64,000 bases of DNA from a virus. The position numbers were made by a program, and so were the translations under genes. Location: IMG/VR virus record IMGVR_UViG_3300034104_002622, positions 9,284 to 73,283 of that record, one strand, 5' to 3'. The notes beneath the pieces are model-generated. The model saw nothing but the letters and a program-made list of their open reading frames with translations, had not been told where the DNA came from and did not search any database. Shown here one piece after another: positions 1 through 10,500 of the stretch (positions are counted from its first letter, which is position 1; each line of letters starts with the position of its first letter).

Positions 1-2004
1 GTTACTCCTGTTGTAAAAGGTTCTAATCCAAGCGCGGAACAACAATGGTGGTATGCTGCTAAGCGTGAGAATCAGGACGACTACAACTTCTCTTATACAA
101 AAGCCGACATCGGTGGCACAAGATTCGACGCTGTAGCTCGCACCTACGTCACGCTCCGTTCAGCGTTCACGCCAGACACTCCAGCAATGGGAGCGACTAT
201 GCCGAACGACCCTGAGTCCCTTTTTACTGGAGCTTACGTCCTCGCCGAGAAACGGCAGACTCGTATCGGTGAGCAGGAACTCGATTCTCTCTACGTCGCG
301 GAAACGCACGTTTATGTGAAAAGGGCAACAATCACCAACAACGGTTTCAACGAAGCCCTCGGCGTGAATCTTTCCCGCACCACCACCCTGTATTACCGGG
401 GCGAGACGGTTAGCGGAGTCGCTATCGAGACACTAGTGGCCGACGACAAAAACGCCTATTGGGGGACGCAAGTGAACCTCAAGATTTCTCGCTCTGGCGA
501 GCAGCTTTCCGATAACTGGTTCGCCGTTACTGAGCAGCAGATCACCCTCAAGCGCGAAACTAGCGGGGCACTCACCGATGATTGGCCGATTGGGCAAGTC
601 AAGAGTAAGGCCAGAGAAAACCCCACTCCACAGAAGTTCCGCGCAAGCACGAATGTAGTGCAGACCACCACCCCCATTGATCTTGCGGCGGCCAACGTGG
701 ACAACCTTCCGGCACCCGCTACACCTACCGGCGATGAGGTGGAGGTTCAAGTAACCAAGATCAATGATTACCGATACGAAAAGAAGATCACAACGGAGAC
801 AATCGACACGGATAACCCTTTGACGGGGACTGAGTGGGTTGCAGCTTTTGGCGGAGGAATCTTGACTACGGAGGAAACACTCGCATCTGAAAGAACGAAT
901 GCCGCAGGTGGATTTAGCATTATCAAAAGCAAAGTCACACCAATTGGTCAAGGTAAGTTCATTGAGGAAGTTGGGACGATGGATTCTTTCCCTTCATTAT
1001 CAGGCTCCAAGTATGACGCCGATCTTGACATCAATCTGCCATTTACCGAGCAAGTTGTTCAGGCGGGGACTAATAGTCCGGGTAGTGACACTGAACCTAT
1101 TGACGAATACCGCTCTAAGGAACGCACCGTAGACCGTTCTGCTGTCCAAGCTGCACTAGCCGGGATTCATCTCACCCTGCCATCTCAGGAGAACATCCAA
1201 CTCCCCAATGTCTTGAAGAGCGTTTCGGTTTTAGCGTCTCGTTCGGTAGGTAACGGCAACACTTACGGATGGGGTAACTCTTACAGCGGGTCAAACACTA
1301 GCTCGTTAGCCGTCAGTGCCGATCTGACTTACGAGATTGAAGAGGGGTATAGTGGGCCAGTTGCTTCCGAGATTCATGTGTTTTTCCTACCGTTAGGTGG
1401 ATCATCTCCGGGAGATATACTGGCTGCGGTAAATGCCGAACCGTGGCCAATGTATCGGCCTATCTCATCTCGCATCGTCATTTCTGGCAACGGAGGAAAA
1501 CGATCTTTCTCAGAAAGTGTATCGGATAATTCTGCCTCGGCCAGTGAGAGTTCTTTGGTTTCTGCATTTACAAATGTAGGCGTACTGCCTGCAACTCTAC
1601 ACGGTACAATGGAAATTGGAGTAACATACTCCGATTTTACATCTCCAGCAGGGCTACTAGACGCGACTTGGGCAGCGAATGTTGCAGCCAATGAAGCGCG
1701 TGTTCAGGCTGTCCGCAATGCTCTTGAAACAATTCCTCCAACTTATGCGGGGGAAGCAGTAACGCCCTTACAAAAGCAACTCCTACTGACGAAGCTAGAA
1801 ACTATTGAGAGCACTATGACCGTCAAAACCGACTTTGATCCCACTGATGCTGAAGTGATTGTATCACCTGATACTTTAGCAGCTACATCTCCGACAGGCA
1901 TACAATACGGACGCTTCGTCAAATCTAGTTCCGCAAGCATTTATGGCTACGGAATGGTGCGCGTTACCGCAGTGGTTGTGGATCTCTCAGTTCTAGCCCC
2001 CTAA
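1..2004 (+). CDS. Putative virion structural/tail protein (5'-truncated by window)
   Basis: Frame 1 is open from base 1 through the listed ATG at 187 to TAA at 2004; Thr/Ser/Val-rich; first gene of the rightward structural block. Confidence 0.55.
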   Translation, partial: VTPVVKGSNPSAEQQWWYAAKRENQDDYNFSYTKADIGGTRFDAVARTYVTLRSAFTPDTPAMGATMPNDPESLFTGAYVLAEKRQTRIGEQELDSLYVAETHVYVKRATITNNGFNEALGVNLSRTTTLYYRGETVSGVAIETLVADDKNAYWGTQVNLKISRSGEQLSDNWFAVTEQQITLKRETSGALTDDWPIGQVKSKARENPTPQKFRASTNVVQTTTPIDLAAANVDNLPAPATPTGDEVEVQVTKINDYRYEKKITTETIDTDNPLTGTEWVAAFGGGILTTEETLASERTNAAGGFSIIKSKVTPIGQGKFIEEVGTMDSFPSLSGSKYDADLDINLPFTEQVVQAGTNSPGSDTEPIDEYRSKERTVDRSAVQAALAGIHLTLPSQENIQLPNVLKSVSVLASRSVGNGNTYGWGNSYSGSNTSSLAVSADLTYEIEEGYSGPVASEIHVFFLPLGGSSPGDILAAVNAEPWPMYRPISSRIVISGNGGKRSFSESVSDNSASASESSLVSAFTNVGVLPATLHGTMEIGVTYSDFTSPAGLLDATWAANVAANEARVQAVRNALETIPPTYAGEAVTPLQKQLLLTKLETIESTMTVKTDFDPTDAEVIVSPDTLAATSPTGIQYGRFVKSSSASIYGYGMVRVTAVVVDLSVLAP

Positions 2005-2008
2005 CACC

Positions 2009-2689
2009 ATGGACGCAGGAAACTTACAAGCAATCATAGACGAAGCGCTGAAGTCCGCCTCGGATGAAGCGAACCGCCGCTTGGCTGCGCAGGATAAAAA
2101 ACTACCACCGATCAATACTACGGTTGAAGCGTCAGGCCAGACAAACTACCGTCAACCTGCACAGCTTGAGCAGCGTGTTACAGAGATGCGTTTCGACCCC
2201 CCACCGCCCGTAGCACCTAAGCCGGAAGGAGTAATAGGTGACACCCTTCTACTCAGCGCCGGGAGCGGCGATGGGCAGGCTCATCAATGGAAGGTCACAG
2301 CCGCGACGAATCAAGGAGTGAACGTGACGGGTGGCGTTTTTCGCAGTCAAGGGGATTTCGACCAAGCGGATGTGCCCGATGTTGTTGAGTTGGAAGTAGG
2401 GGCTAGTGGGTATGTAATCCTTACCGTTATCCGCGACATTGATTCCCGCGAAGTAGTTGAGATACCAGAAATCTCGTATGTTGAAGGCGACCTGCCCGAA
2501 TCAGATTACAACAATCAAATTATCCCGCTCGCCAAAGTCACCTTTGAAGATGGAGTAATAACCAACATCCTCCAACTAAAATTTGAAGAGTTGCATGTAT
2601 TCGAGGATCTGGTGGTGGTCAATGGGGAATTTAGGTTTGCTGAGTTGCTGATGGCTGGGCGCAAAATTTACGAGCTACCACCACCATGA
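2009..2689 (+). CDS. Hypothetical virion-associated protein (226 aa)
   Basis: Tightly packed in the structural operon; ATGA overlap with the next gene. Confidence 0.55.
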   Translation: MDAGNLQAIIDEALKSASDEANRRLAAQDKKLPPINTTVEASGQTNYRQPAQLEQRVTEMRFDPPPPVAPKPEGVIGDTLLLSAGSGDGQAHQWKVTAATNQGVNVTGGVFRSQGDFDQADVPDVVELEVGASGYVILTVIRDIDSREVVEIPEISYVEGDLPESDYNNQIIPLAKVTFEDGVITNILQLKFEELHVFEDLVVVNGEFRFAELLMAGRKIYELPPP

Positions 2690-3684
2690 GTCAGGGAGTC
2701 TATACACGGATGAAGCGGTTTGAGTTTGTCAAAGGCTGGGTTACTGGTGGGACAGATCCAGCGGACGGCAGTGTGGAGTGTGGAGATGGAACACACTATC
2801 CCCTAGAAGCTACGCTCGACCAGATTGCAGAAATTTATTATAGGGCTAGGGATTCCTATTTGACCGGATCAATAACCACAACATACACATCTAGTTCTGC
2901 TCCTGAATTACTAGCAATAACGACAACTGGATTTACAGGGACACCCTCGACCGATTTAGTTGAGTCTGGGGTAACGTCTGAGGGGGAAACTACTTTATCA
3001 CAAAGAGCTTACTCAACAGGGGACGTTGCTGGTTTTGCTCAGTATTTTGGAAGTGCTTACAGTGTTAATGGACAGGATTTCTATGATGCAAATAGTGAGT
3101 TAGCTATCTACTCGTTGCCGTTCAATAGTTATAACTCTAGATCTGGATTGACTCAGAATTTTTTTACTACTTTTTCAGAGGATGCGGTTCGCTTTCACCC
3201 TATAACTATGCCGTCTTTCTATTCGGCGTATCACGAAATCTATCGTAATGATACTACTGCCCCCCAGTCAGGCATATACATTTACGAAGCAATCTCTTCC
3301 TCAACAGGAGCATTCTCTTCCTCAGGAGGAGTGCAAATAGCGTGGATTGATGATAACGAATCTGGAAATCCATTAGATCCGTTAAATAGAAAATTTATCA
3401 ATTTTCATTTTGCGCTTCGACAAAATTTTATATATGGTGGCGCTGAGCCATCTTATTCGACATTTCAGAGCTACGATACTTCAAATACTTTAGTCAATTT
3501 TAATGTAGAGCTTTCCACTTCAACTCTTAGTTGCCCACTTTACGCTGGGAATCGTGGTTATGCCGCGTTTGACGGAATAACTCATTCAGGAGGAATAAAT
3601 TTAGTGGTGACTAAATGGTGGCCATACGCCAAGGACTCCCCCGCTGTCCCTGTCTGGGACGCGGATACGGGGTTAAAACTCTAA
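2686..3684 (+). CDS. Putative tail-associated protein (332 aa) with Ser/Thr/Tyr-rich core
   Basis: Operon position; central part visibly more AT-rich than its ends. Confidence 0.45.
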   Translation: MSQGVYTRMKRFEFVKGWVTGGTDPADGSVECGDGTHYPLEATLDQIAEIYYRARDSYLTGSITTTYTSSSAPELLAITTTGFTGTPSTDLVESGVTSEGETTLSQRAYSTGDVAGFAQYFGSAYSVNGQDFYDANSELAIYSLPFNSYNSRSGLTQNFFTTFSEDAVRFHPITMPSFYSAYHEIYRNDTTAPQSGIYIYEAISSSTGAFSSSGGVQIAWIDDNESGNPLDPLNRKFINFHFALRQNFIYGGAEPSYSTFQSYDTSNTLVNFNVELSTSTLSCPLYAGNRGYAAFDGITHSGGINLVVTKWWPYAKDSPAVPVWDADTGLKL

Positions 3685-3817
3685 TTTGACACGCTCGCGT
3701 AATCTGCTCTTTCAAACAAATCAAATAGGGTGACAATCCCTAAAACTTTATTGGATTTTAATTATTTTCAATCTTCTCTTGTCTTTTAAGCAAGGGGTAA
3801 TTACTATTTCTCAAAAG

Positions 3818-4480
3818 ATGGCAAAGCAAATCACATTAGAAGAGGCGATTGTTCAGTTTGGGCCGCTTGTTTCCACAAGGGTAGAAATTGAAGATGCAAT
3901 TCGTGAGGCGGTTACTCGCATTTATGAAATGGGTCGTTACCCCGGTACCATTCGCGAACTTTCTTTTAGTGATGGAGATTTTGTTAATGAAGATGATTTG
4001 ATGTTTTTGTATCTGGATGATTCTCTTTACGATGGAATGATTGGTTTCCGTAACAAGAATAGGGGTTGGTCAATCATGGATCAAAGCATTCTCTATTTGA
4101 ATAAATTGAATGGAGGCGATATGTCGCTGATTGACATGGGACAGGTTGAAATCACTGTTGATTCCCAGCTTGTTTTACGCAGGAAATACCGTATGCCTCT
4201 TGGATTCACCATATCTGGTGGACCTTATTACGCGTTAATGAAGCTGGAAGCTCCTACACTTCTGCATAATACTATTATTCCAATTCACTCAATTGGAGCT
4301 TTGAAGGCTGCGATCATAGCAATTAGTTATGAGTATGTGAATGATGATGAAAGAGCTCAATTCAATTGGAGTAAATTTACTCAACTAATGCAACTTTCCG
4401 AAAGGCAAGTTGAAGGATCTAAAAAATACCACATCGGCATGGACTCAAGTCTACGCCGTCGTCCAACTCAATTCATGTAA
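3818..4480 (+). CDS. Hypothetical virion protein, possibly head-tail adaptor/tail tubular-like
   Basis: ATG at 3818 within the listed ORF; size and position before ejection-type genes; function is inference. Confidence 0.4.
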   Translation: MAKQITLEEAIVQFGPLVSTRVEIEDAIREAVTRIYEMGRYPGTIRELSFSDGDFVNEDDLMFLYLDDSLYDGMIGFRNKNRGWSIMDQSILYLNKLNGGDMSLIDMGQVEITVDSQLVLRRKYRMPLGFTISGGPYYALMKLEAPTLLHNTIIPIHSIGALKAAIIAISYEYVNDDERAQFNWSKFTQLMQLSERQVEGSKKYHIGMDSSLRRRPTQFM

Positions 4481-4484
4481 AAAT

Positions 4485-6146
4485 ATGAGTGAACGTAATT
4501 CACGCTTAAACGAAGACATTGCACCAAGGCTGGGGCAAGATCCCGGACTGCCCACAAAGCAGGAGAGGACTGAGATTGCACAGGCGCGGAGAAGGGAGCA
4601 GGATATTGGTAAGTTTGCCCGTGAAGCTAAGAGGAATGGCGACTTGCGAGGGTATCTTGAAGCTGTTAGAGCGGGTTATACGAATCGTGGGATAGAAAAC
4701 ACTAAGGACAAGGATGCTCGTTACCGCGAGACTGGATACCAGCGCTTTGTAGCGGGTTCTACGGGGGTTGGCGGACAGCAGCCCGCTGGAGGCGCACAAC
4801 CAACATCTCGCCTAGATGCCAGCCCCACGCCGAGACTGGACGCACAGGGAGCTGCTGGGACATCCCCAGAGAACCCCAGAAGCGCTGCACAGGGATCTAG
4901 TGGTGGCCAATGGGTGAATGTAGGTGGAGCACCATCAGCAGCCCCTGTAGGCACTACAGCGCCAGTAGCAGGGCAACCAGCAGCGCCAACCAAGCCTAAG
5001 TCATTCTTTGAGGAGAGAGCTTCTGGCAGACAGGCATTTGTGGACACCGTTGGAACTCTTCGCGGTAAGCAAGGCGGAATGACTCCAAAAGAGACTGAAC
5101 AAGCTAAGGCTCGTGGAGCAGCGCTTGGCCTTACCCCTCAGCAGATACAGGAAACACTGGACGGGCAAACCGATCTTTCTCCTGAGGCTATTGCTGGCAG
5201 AGCCAAGGGGAGGAAAGAAGAGGCTTACCAGAAGGAATTTGGGGACAGTGATAAGCAATGGGCTAAGCTTCTTGAGAAGTATCCTGATCAAAAAGCAATG
5301 CTAGAAGGGCTCACTCCTCAGCAGAAAAAAGACGCTTTGGCAAAAGGCAAAGAAAATGCTGGAGAAAAGATTGCTAGTGCAAAAGCAAAAGGGGGTCGGG
5401 CAGGTAGAGAAGTTCAAGATTCTTTGGATAGAATTGATGCCTTCATGGAAAAAGCTGATGATGCCTCAGCCACAAGAGAAGGATTCAAAGATTCTCGCTC
5501 AAAAAGACTATCTGAAAAACCAATGCTCGTAGGGGGTAAGGATGTTGCGAAAGCTACGGATGAGGATCGTCGTATGTGGGCGGAAGAGAGCCAACGCAGG
5601 AAAGTGGACGCTAATCGTCCTTCGTTAAATCAATTCATGGATTCATTAGATGATTCCCCTGGCCCTCTTGATAAGCGTCCTGAGATGGACGCTCGTGGAA
5701 TGCTAGCTGATCAACAGCCTATTCTTAATGAAACTGCATTACGTAGTGACGCAAAACCGAAAACATTGAGAAATGATTTAGAGGCTACATTAAAAGGCGC
5801 TTATGATGTGACAATCGGAGACTACCAAAGATACAACATCAAAAACAACGCCGAAGCAAACAAAGCAAAAGAACAAGGAAAACTTAAAGAGAATGATGCG
5901 TTGATCAATGCCATAAATTACACTCATGGGAATACGGGTGACGCAAAAATACCAACCAGTGAGGATATTTCTGCCTACGCTCAAAAAAACAAAGTGTCAG
6001 TGAAGGAAGCTGGTAAAATATTAAAGAAGAAATCCGCCGAGGCTAGAGGCGAGGCCCCCACAGCACAAATTGACACAAGCAAAGCCTCTAAGGAATTTCG
6101 CTCTGGTTACGACAACCTCAGAGCGCTAGAATCATTCACTATTTAA
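4485..6146 (+). CDS. Putative internal virion/ejection protein
   Basis: ATG at 4485 just after the previous stop; Ala/Gly/Gln/Lys-rich and low complexity; first of three consecutive large genes, as in podovirus-type ejection modules. Confidence 0.45.
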   Translation: MSERNSRLNEDIAPRLGQDPGLPTKQERTEIAQARRREQDIGKFAREAKRNGDLRGYLEAVRAGYTNRGIENTKDKDARYRETGYQRFVAGSTGVGGQQPAGGAQPTSRLDASPTPRLDAQGAAGTSPENPRSAAQGSSGGQWVNVGGAPSAAPVGTTAPVAGQPAAPTKPKSFFEERASGRQAFVDTVGTLRGKQGGMTPKETEQAKARGAALGLTPQQIQETLDGQTDLSPEAIAGRAKGRKEEAYQKEFGDSDKQWAKLLEKYPDQKAMLEGLTPQQKKDALAKGKENAGEKIASAKAKGGRAGREVQDSLDRIDAFMEKADDASATREGFKDSRSKRLSEKPMLVGGKDVAKATDEDRRMWAEESQRRKVDANRPSLNQFMDSLDDSPGPLDKRPEMDARGMLADQQPILNETALRSDAKPKTLRNDLEATLKGAYDVTIGDYQRYNIKNNAEANKAKEQGKLKENDALINAINYTHGNTGDAKIPTSEDISAYAQKNKVSVKEAGKILKKKSAEARGEAPTAQIDTSKASKEFRSGYDNLRALESFTI

Positions 6147-6149
6147 CCA

Positions 6150-7541
6150 ATGCCATACGAAACCTACACAAATGATTCGGACGCTCAGTTTGCAGCGCAG
6201 ATTGACCGTTACAAGCTTGGACCGGGAGTAAGTCCGGGTGGTAATGCTTTTGCTGCTTCTGAAGCCATGATGGATTCCTTGGGGAATGACAACATGAACG
6301 TGGCTAAGTTGATGCAAGCAAGGGCTGCGTTGCACGGAAGCTCAATGGATACGAGGAAGTTGATCAGTGATGACCGGATGCTGAAGCAGGATTTGGACGA
6401 GTTTGATTCTTACAGTAAGATGATGGAAGCTGGTGTCACTGGCGACCCGCTAGAGGACGCAAAGCTTCGCAAGAGGGCTGTATTGCAGTTTGGTGACAAT
6501 GAGCGCGTGAATAGGCATTTGAGCGCCTTTGCTGCGGCAGATGCGGGAGTGATCCAAGGACGTAAAGCTATTTCTGAAAACCGACAGCTTGATTACGAGG
6601 ATGAAACTTGGGACGAGCGTAGGGATCTTGATCGTCAGATGCTCTCAATAAGTAAGCAAAAAAATGATTTGGAAATGGTTAGGCAGAATGATCTTATGAC
6701 TGCTACTAACGAGAATGTTGGGACGCTTGTGTATGGGAGTGCTGGAGCAATGATTGATAAGAATGGCGCTCTTGCTTCATCAATAACGAAGGCAGCTTAT
6801 CATTTAAGGGATGACCTTGAGATGAGTAAAGCTCTTGGAAAAGCTTCTTCAGTAATGTCTCAGACTTACGGATTGGAGTCAGTGTATGCTGAGCGTCACA
6901 AGAAAAACGCCCCAGCCATGGCGGTAATATCCCAAAAGGTTGGAATGAATGCTGATGACATTGACGATCCGGCGATGTATGACGTTTTTTTAGCCAAGGC
7001 TAAAGCTGTGATTGAAAGTGGGCCAGAGAATGAAAAGGAAGGAGCTTTAGCGGCTCTTGATAACCACGCTTCGATGAAAGGGATTTTCTTGCAGAGAAGT
7101 GCCTTGGAAAAAGATTTCAACTCCCACCTAGATAAAAGGCCAGCAAACCTATCCAGTCCTCAAGGGGAGGAGTGGAAGGCTGGGCTTGTAGCTCTTAGGG
7201 AGAAAGCAACATTTATTGGTGGTCATATCGCCAAGAAGCAAGAAGAGCTCAACGACCAGCTTTCTAAGCAGGATGCGTATACGAAGGCTGCACTTCAGAT
7301 TCAACGGATGAAGAAAAATGACGCTGAGATGAAAAATTCAGCATCTCGCATTATGTTAGCTGAGCGCGCTCATGAATGGAACGTAGAAAAATTTAGCAGG
7401 ACGGAGAAGTTAAGGCTTTTGCAAATGGCTATGCCTGATAAGAAAAAAGCAGAACTTGAAGTTGAATTGGAACTTCTTAAGAATGAATTTGAGGAGATGG
7501 AGTTGAACTCCTCTTCTGGAAATGGCTCGCTTATTGATTGA
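6150..7541 (+). CDS. Putative internal virion/ejection protein (463 aa, helical)
   Basis: Ala/Asp/Met-rich helical composition; directly precedes the giant gene. Confidence 0.45.
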   Translation: MPYETYTNDSDAQFAAQIDRYKLGPGVSPGGNAFAASEAMMDSLGNDNMNVAKLMQARAALHGSSMDTRKLISDDRMLKQDLDEFDSYSKMMEAGVTGDPLEDAKLRKRAVLQFGDNERVNRHLSAFAAADAGVIQGRKAISENRQLDYEDETWDERRDLDRQMLSISKQKNDLEMVRQNDLMTATNENVGTLVYGSAGAMIDKNGALASSITKAAYHLRDDLEMSKALGKASSVMSQTYGLESVYAERHKKNAPAMAVISQKVGMNADDIDDPAMYDVFLAKAKAVIESGPENEKEGALAALDNHASMKGIFLQRSALEKDFNSHLDKRPANLSSPQGEEWKAGLVALREKATFIGGHIAKKQEELNDQLSKQDAYTKAALQIQRMKKNDAEMKNSASRIMLAERAHEWNVEKFSRTEKLRLLQMAMPDKKKAELEVELELLKNEFEEMELNSSSGNGSLID

Positions 7542-7559
7542 TAACTATTACATAAAACA

Positions 7560-10500
7560 ATGAATTTCGATAATTATGACTACGGTAGCAATACAGATCA
7601 ACTTCAAGAAGATCAGCCAATTAAGGCTCCTGTGGAGTTTGATTTCACTGATGCACTGGGAATTGTTAAGGCCGATAAATGGGTTGGAGCAAACCAAACT
7701 CGCCGCATAGCCACTGTAGACAAGGCTTTTGAAAAGATTGTCGAACAAGCCGAATCAGACAAATCACGTAAGATTAAATGGAATCGCCTTGGTGGAAACA
7801 AGGAGCTAGTCGAAATGCCTTTGTTTCATTCGGATGGAAGCTGGACATCCCAAGGGAAAGAATGGCTTGGTCAGCAAAGGAATTATCTAGAAGCTGCCGC
7901 TAATGACGAAACTGGTGGGATGGTAGTAAATCCTTTGTCTGGAGAATTTGAGATTGCTTCGCATTTGGCCCCGCTACTTGGAAGGAAGCAAAAACAATTT
8001 GATCCATTCAAGGATTTTGACGACATCAAACAAGATGTGGAAAGTGAAGTCGTTGATGGCAAGCCACGAGATTTTACATATGAAGCATTTCTTGAGCGAG
8101 TTAATCAAGGTAAAGATCCTGATTCTCCATCTGCAATTGATCCTGATAACAAAGCGATGCGTGAGCAGTTTGAATCGCGTAAAAGATTAAATGATTTTGA
8201 TCCTTCTACAATGGGCAACACTCCATTTTTAATGAAAGAGGGAGTCCCTATTTTCAATCCCAAAATGCTCAATGAGCCAACAAAAATTGAAAGCGCTATT
8301 GAAACTTCTGAATTGTCTGTTGCTGATAAGAAAATGGCCCTTATCAATTTTCGTGACACTTACAATAAACTTGGTGCCGGAATAGTTAATGAGGTTTCAG
8401 ATGCAGATGATATGCAGATGCACAAGATGCCTTTGAATGCAATTGCTGATATTTTTGGCGTTGACCGTAATAATATTAGCAAACGCTTTCGTGACCATAT
8501 GGCTCAGGAAGGTGGCAAGGGTTCACTGTATACTTTCATTAAAGAGAATGAAGCTGAGTTTAGTGGTGAACAGTTTGGATGGGCTGATAAACTCAATAAT
8601 GCTTTTTGGAATGCTAACCGCTCAACAGGTGGTGGTGCGTTATGGCTACTTACTGCTGGACAGAATAAAGGAGTGAATCAATTTCTTTCTGATTCAGCTC
8701 GTTCTTCCGATAGTGCTTTTGAAGGAATGGGAGGAGTTGAGAACTACCGTGTGCTTGGAATGGATTTCACCAACAAGGGCATGTATGACATGGCTGGGCA
8801 GGTTGCTTCAATGCTTGCTACTGGCGGTGCTAGTTTGGCTTTGAAGGGTGGTATCAAAGCGGCTGGCACAGTTGCTGGCGCTACTGCTGGTTCTCTTGTT
8901 CCTAAAGCTGGTGTTCTTGGAGCTGCGGCAAAAGGAGTGATGGCTTCAGATGAGGCTATTTTAGCCGCGACTAAAGCTCTTGCCCCAAACACTGCTAAGA
9001 ATTTAACGATCAAAGCGCTTCGTGATCCATCTGCTTACATTGGTGGTCTTCAAGCTTCGGGTATGTCTTTTGGTTCCACCTTTAATCAAGTGATGGAAGA
9101 AACTGGTGACTATGATTTAGCTACTAAAAAAGCTAACATCGAAGGTATTTCCAGTGGTCTTTCTGCTTTTATTGCTACATCTGTTTTCAACCGGATTGCT
9201 CCGGGTGCTGAAAAGATGATGACAGGGGTTGAGGGATCGTTGAGCGGCAGCATTGCGTCAAGGATAGCATTTGCCAAGGCTAGTGGCAGCTCCGCTACAA
9301 GAAAGGCGACTATTAAAGCCTTTGAAGACTTAGCTACAGACGAGGTGACCCGTAAGCTCTTATCTAAGGGAATGGCTGAAGCGGCGGATAAAGCTGCTAA
9401 ACAAGCTGGACTAAAGGGATTTGGTCCTGCTGCTGGCGTTGTTTCGGAGTTCTTTGAGGAATCTACAGATACAGCACTCAATGATGTCATTAGCGCCGTA
9501 TTGGATGATTCCAAGACTTGGACGGATACTGTCTGGGACAACATCGGGGAGAAGTTTAGCGAGTATATGGCTGCTGGTGTAATGGGTGCTTTTGGTGGCG
9601 CTATGGGTGAAAGCGTTGGTGGTCTTACTTCGTTCTCCAAAGCCAGTCGAGAACAGCGAGCCAAAGCCGTAAAGGAACACGCATTTGCCAAATGGGAGAC
9701 GATAAAAGGAAACATTGATAGTTTTGGTGAATCAGAGATTGCTGACAAGGATGGTAAGTTTCGCCCTATTGCTGAGTTTTTAGCTTGGGATGGAGCTACT
9801 TCAGAAGAGAAAAGTAAGGCATTGGTAAATGCCGCTAGGGAGCGCACAGGGCTCCAGATCTCTCTTGAAGGGCGAGCAGTCGCTCCGGTAGTCGCAAAGC
9901 CCCCTGAGGCAGTAGAGAAGCCCAAGGAGGGAGCTTCTATAATGGATGACCTATTTGAGTCCAGACCAAAGGACGAGAATGGTAACGACATGGAATGGCA
10001 GGAAGCTAAGATCACCTACGGACCAGAGCATAAGCTTGTGTTGGGTGGCAAGGAGGTAACGATGCAGCAGGTTGACCTTCCAAGGGATGAAGGGGTGGGA
10101 GCTCTCATTACCGATGCTGACGGCAAGAAGACGCACATCTCGGCTGCAAAGGCGAAGAAGATGCTAGAGGAGTCTAAGCCCCTTAAGAAAGGGCTTCGCG
10201 TCGGAGCTAGTCCTGAGATGAAGCAAAGAGCAGCAATGCTTGAAAGATTTTCCGCTGATTCAAACCCAGCGCAATATGCAAAGAAAAATGAAACCAGTAA
10301 ACAAAGCACAACAGTTGATGCAGATAATAAGCAAATCGCACCTCCCAGCGAAACGCGTTCAAGAGATAGCGCTCCGCCCCAAGATGACGGCGATAGCGGA
10401 ATTGCAGGGGATGGCGGGGCTAAGCAGACACGACAGTCAGACATTGGTGCACCTACTTCAACAACCCTAATTCCAGCGGCACAGAAACTTTTAGATGAAA

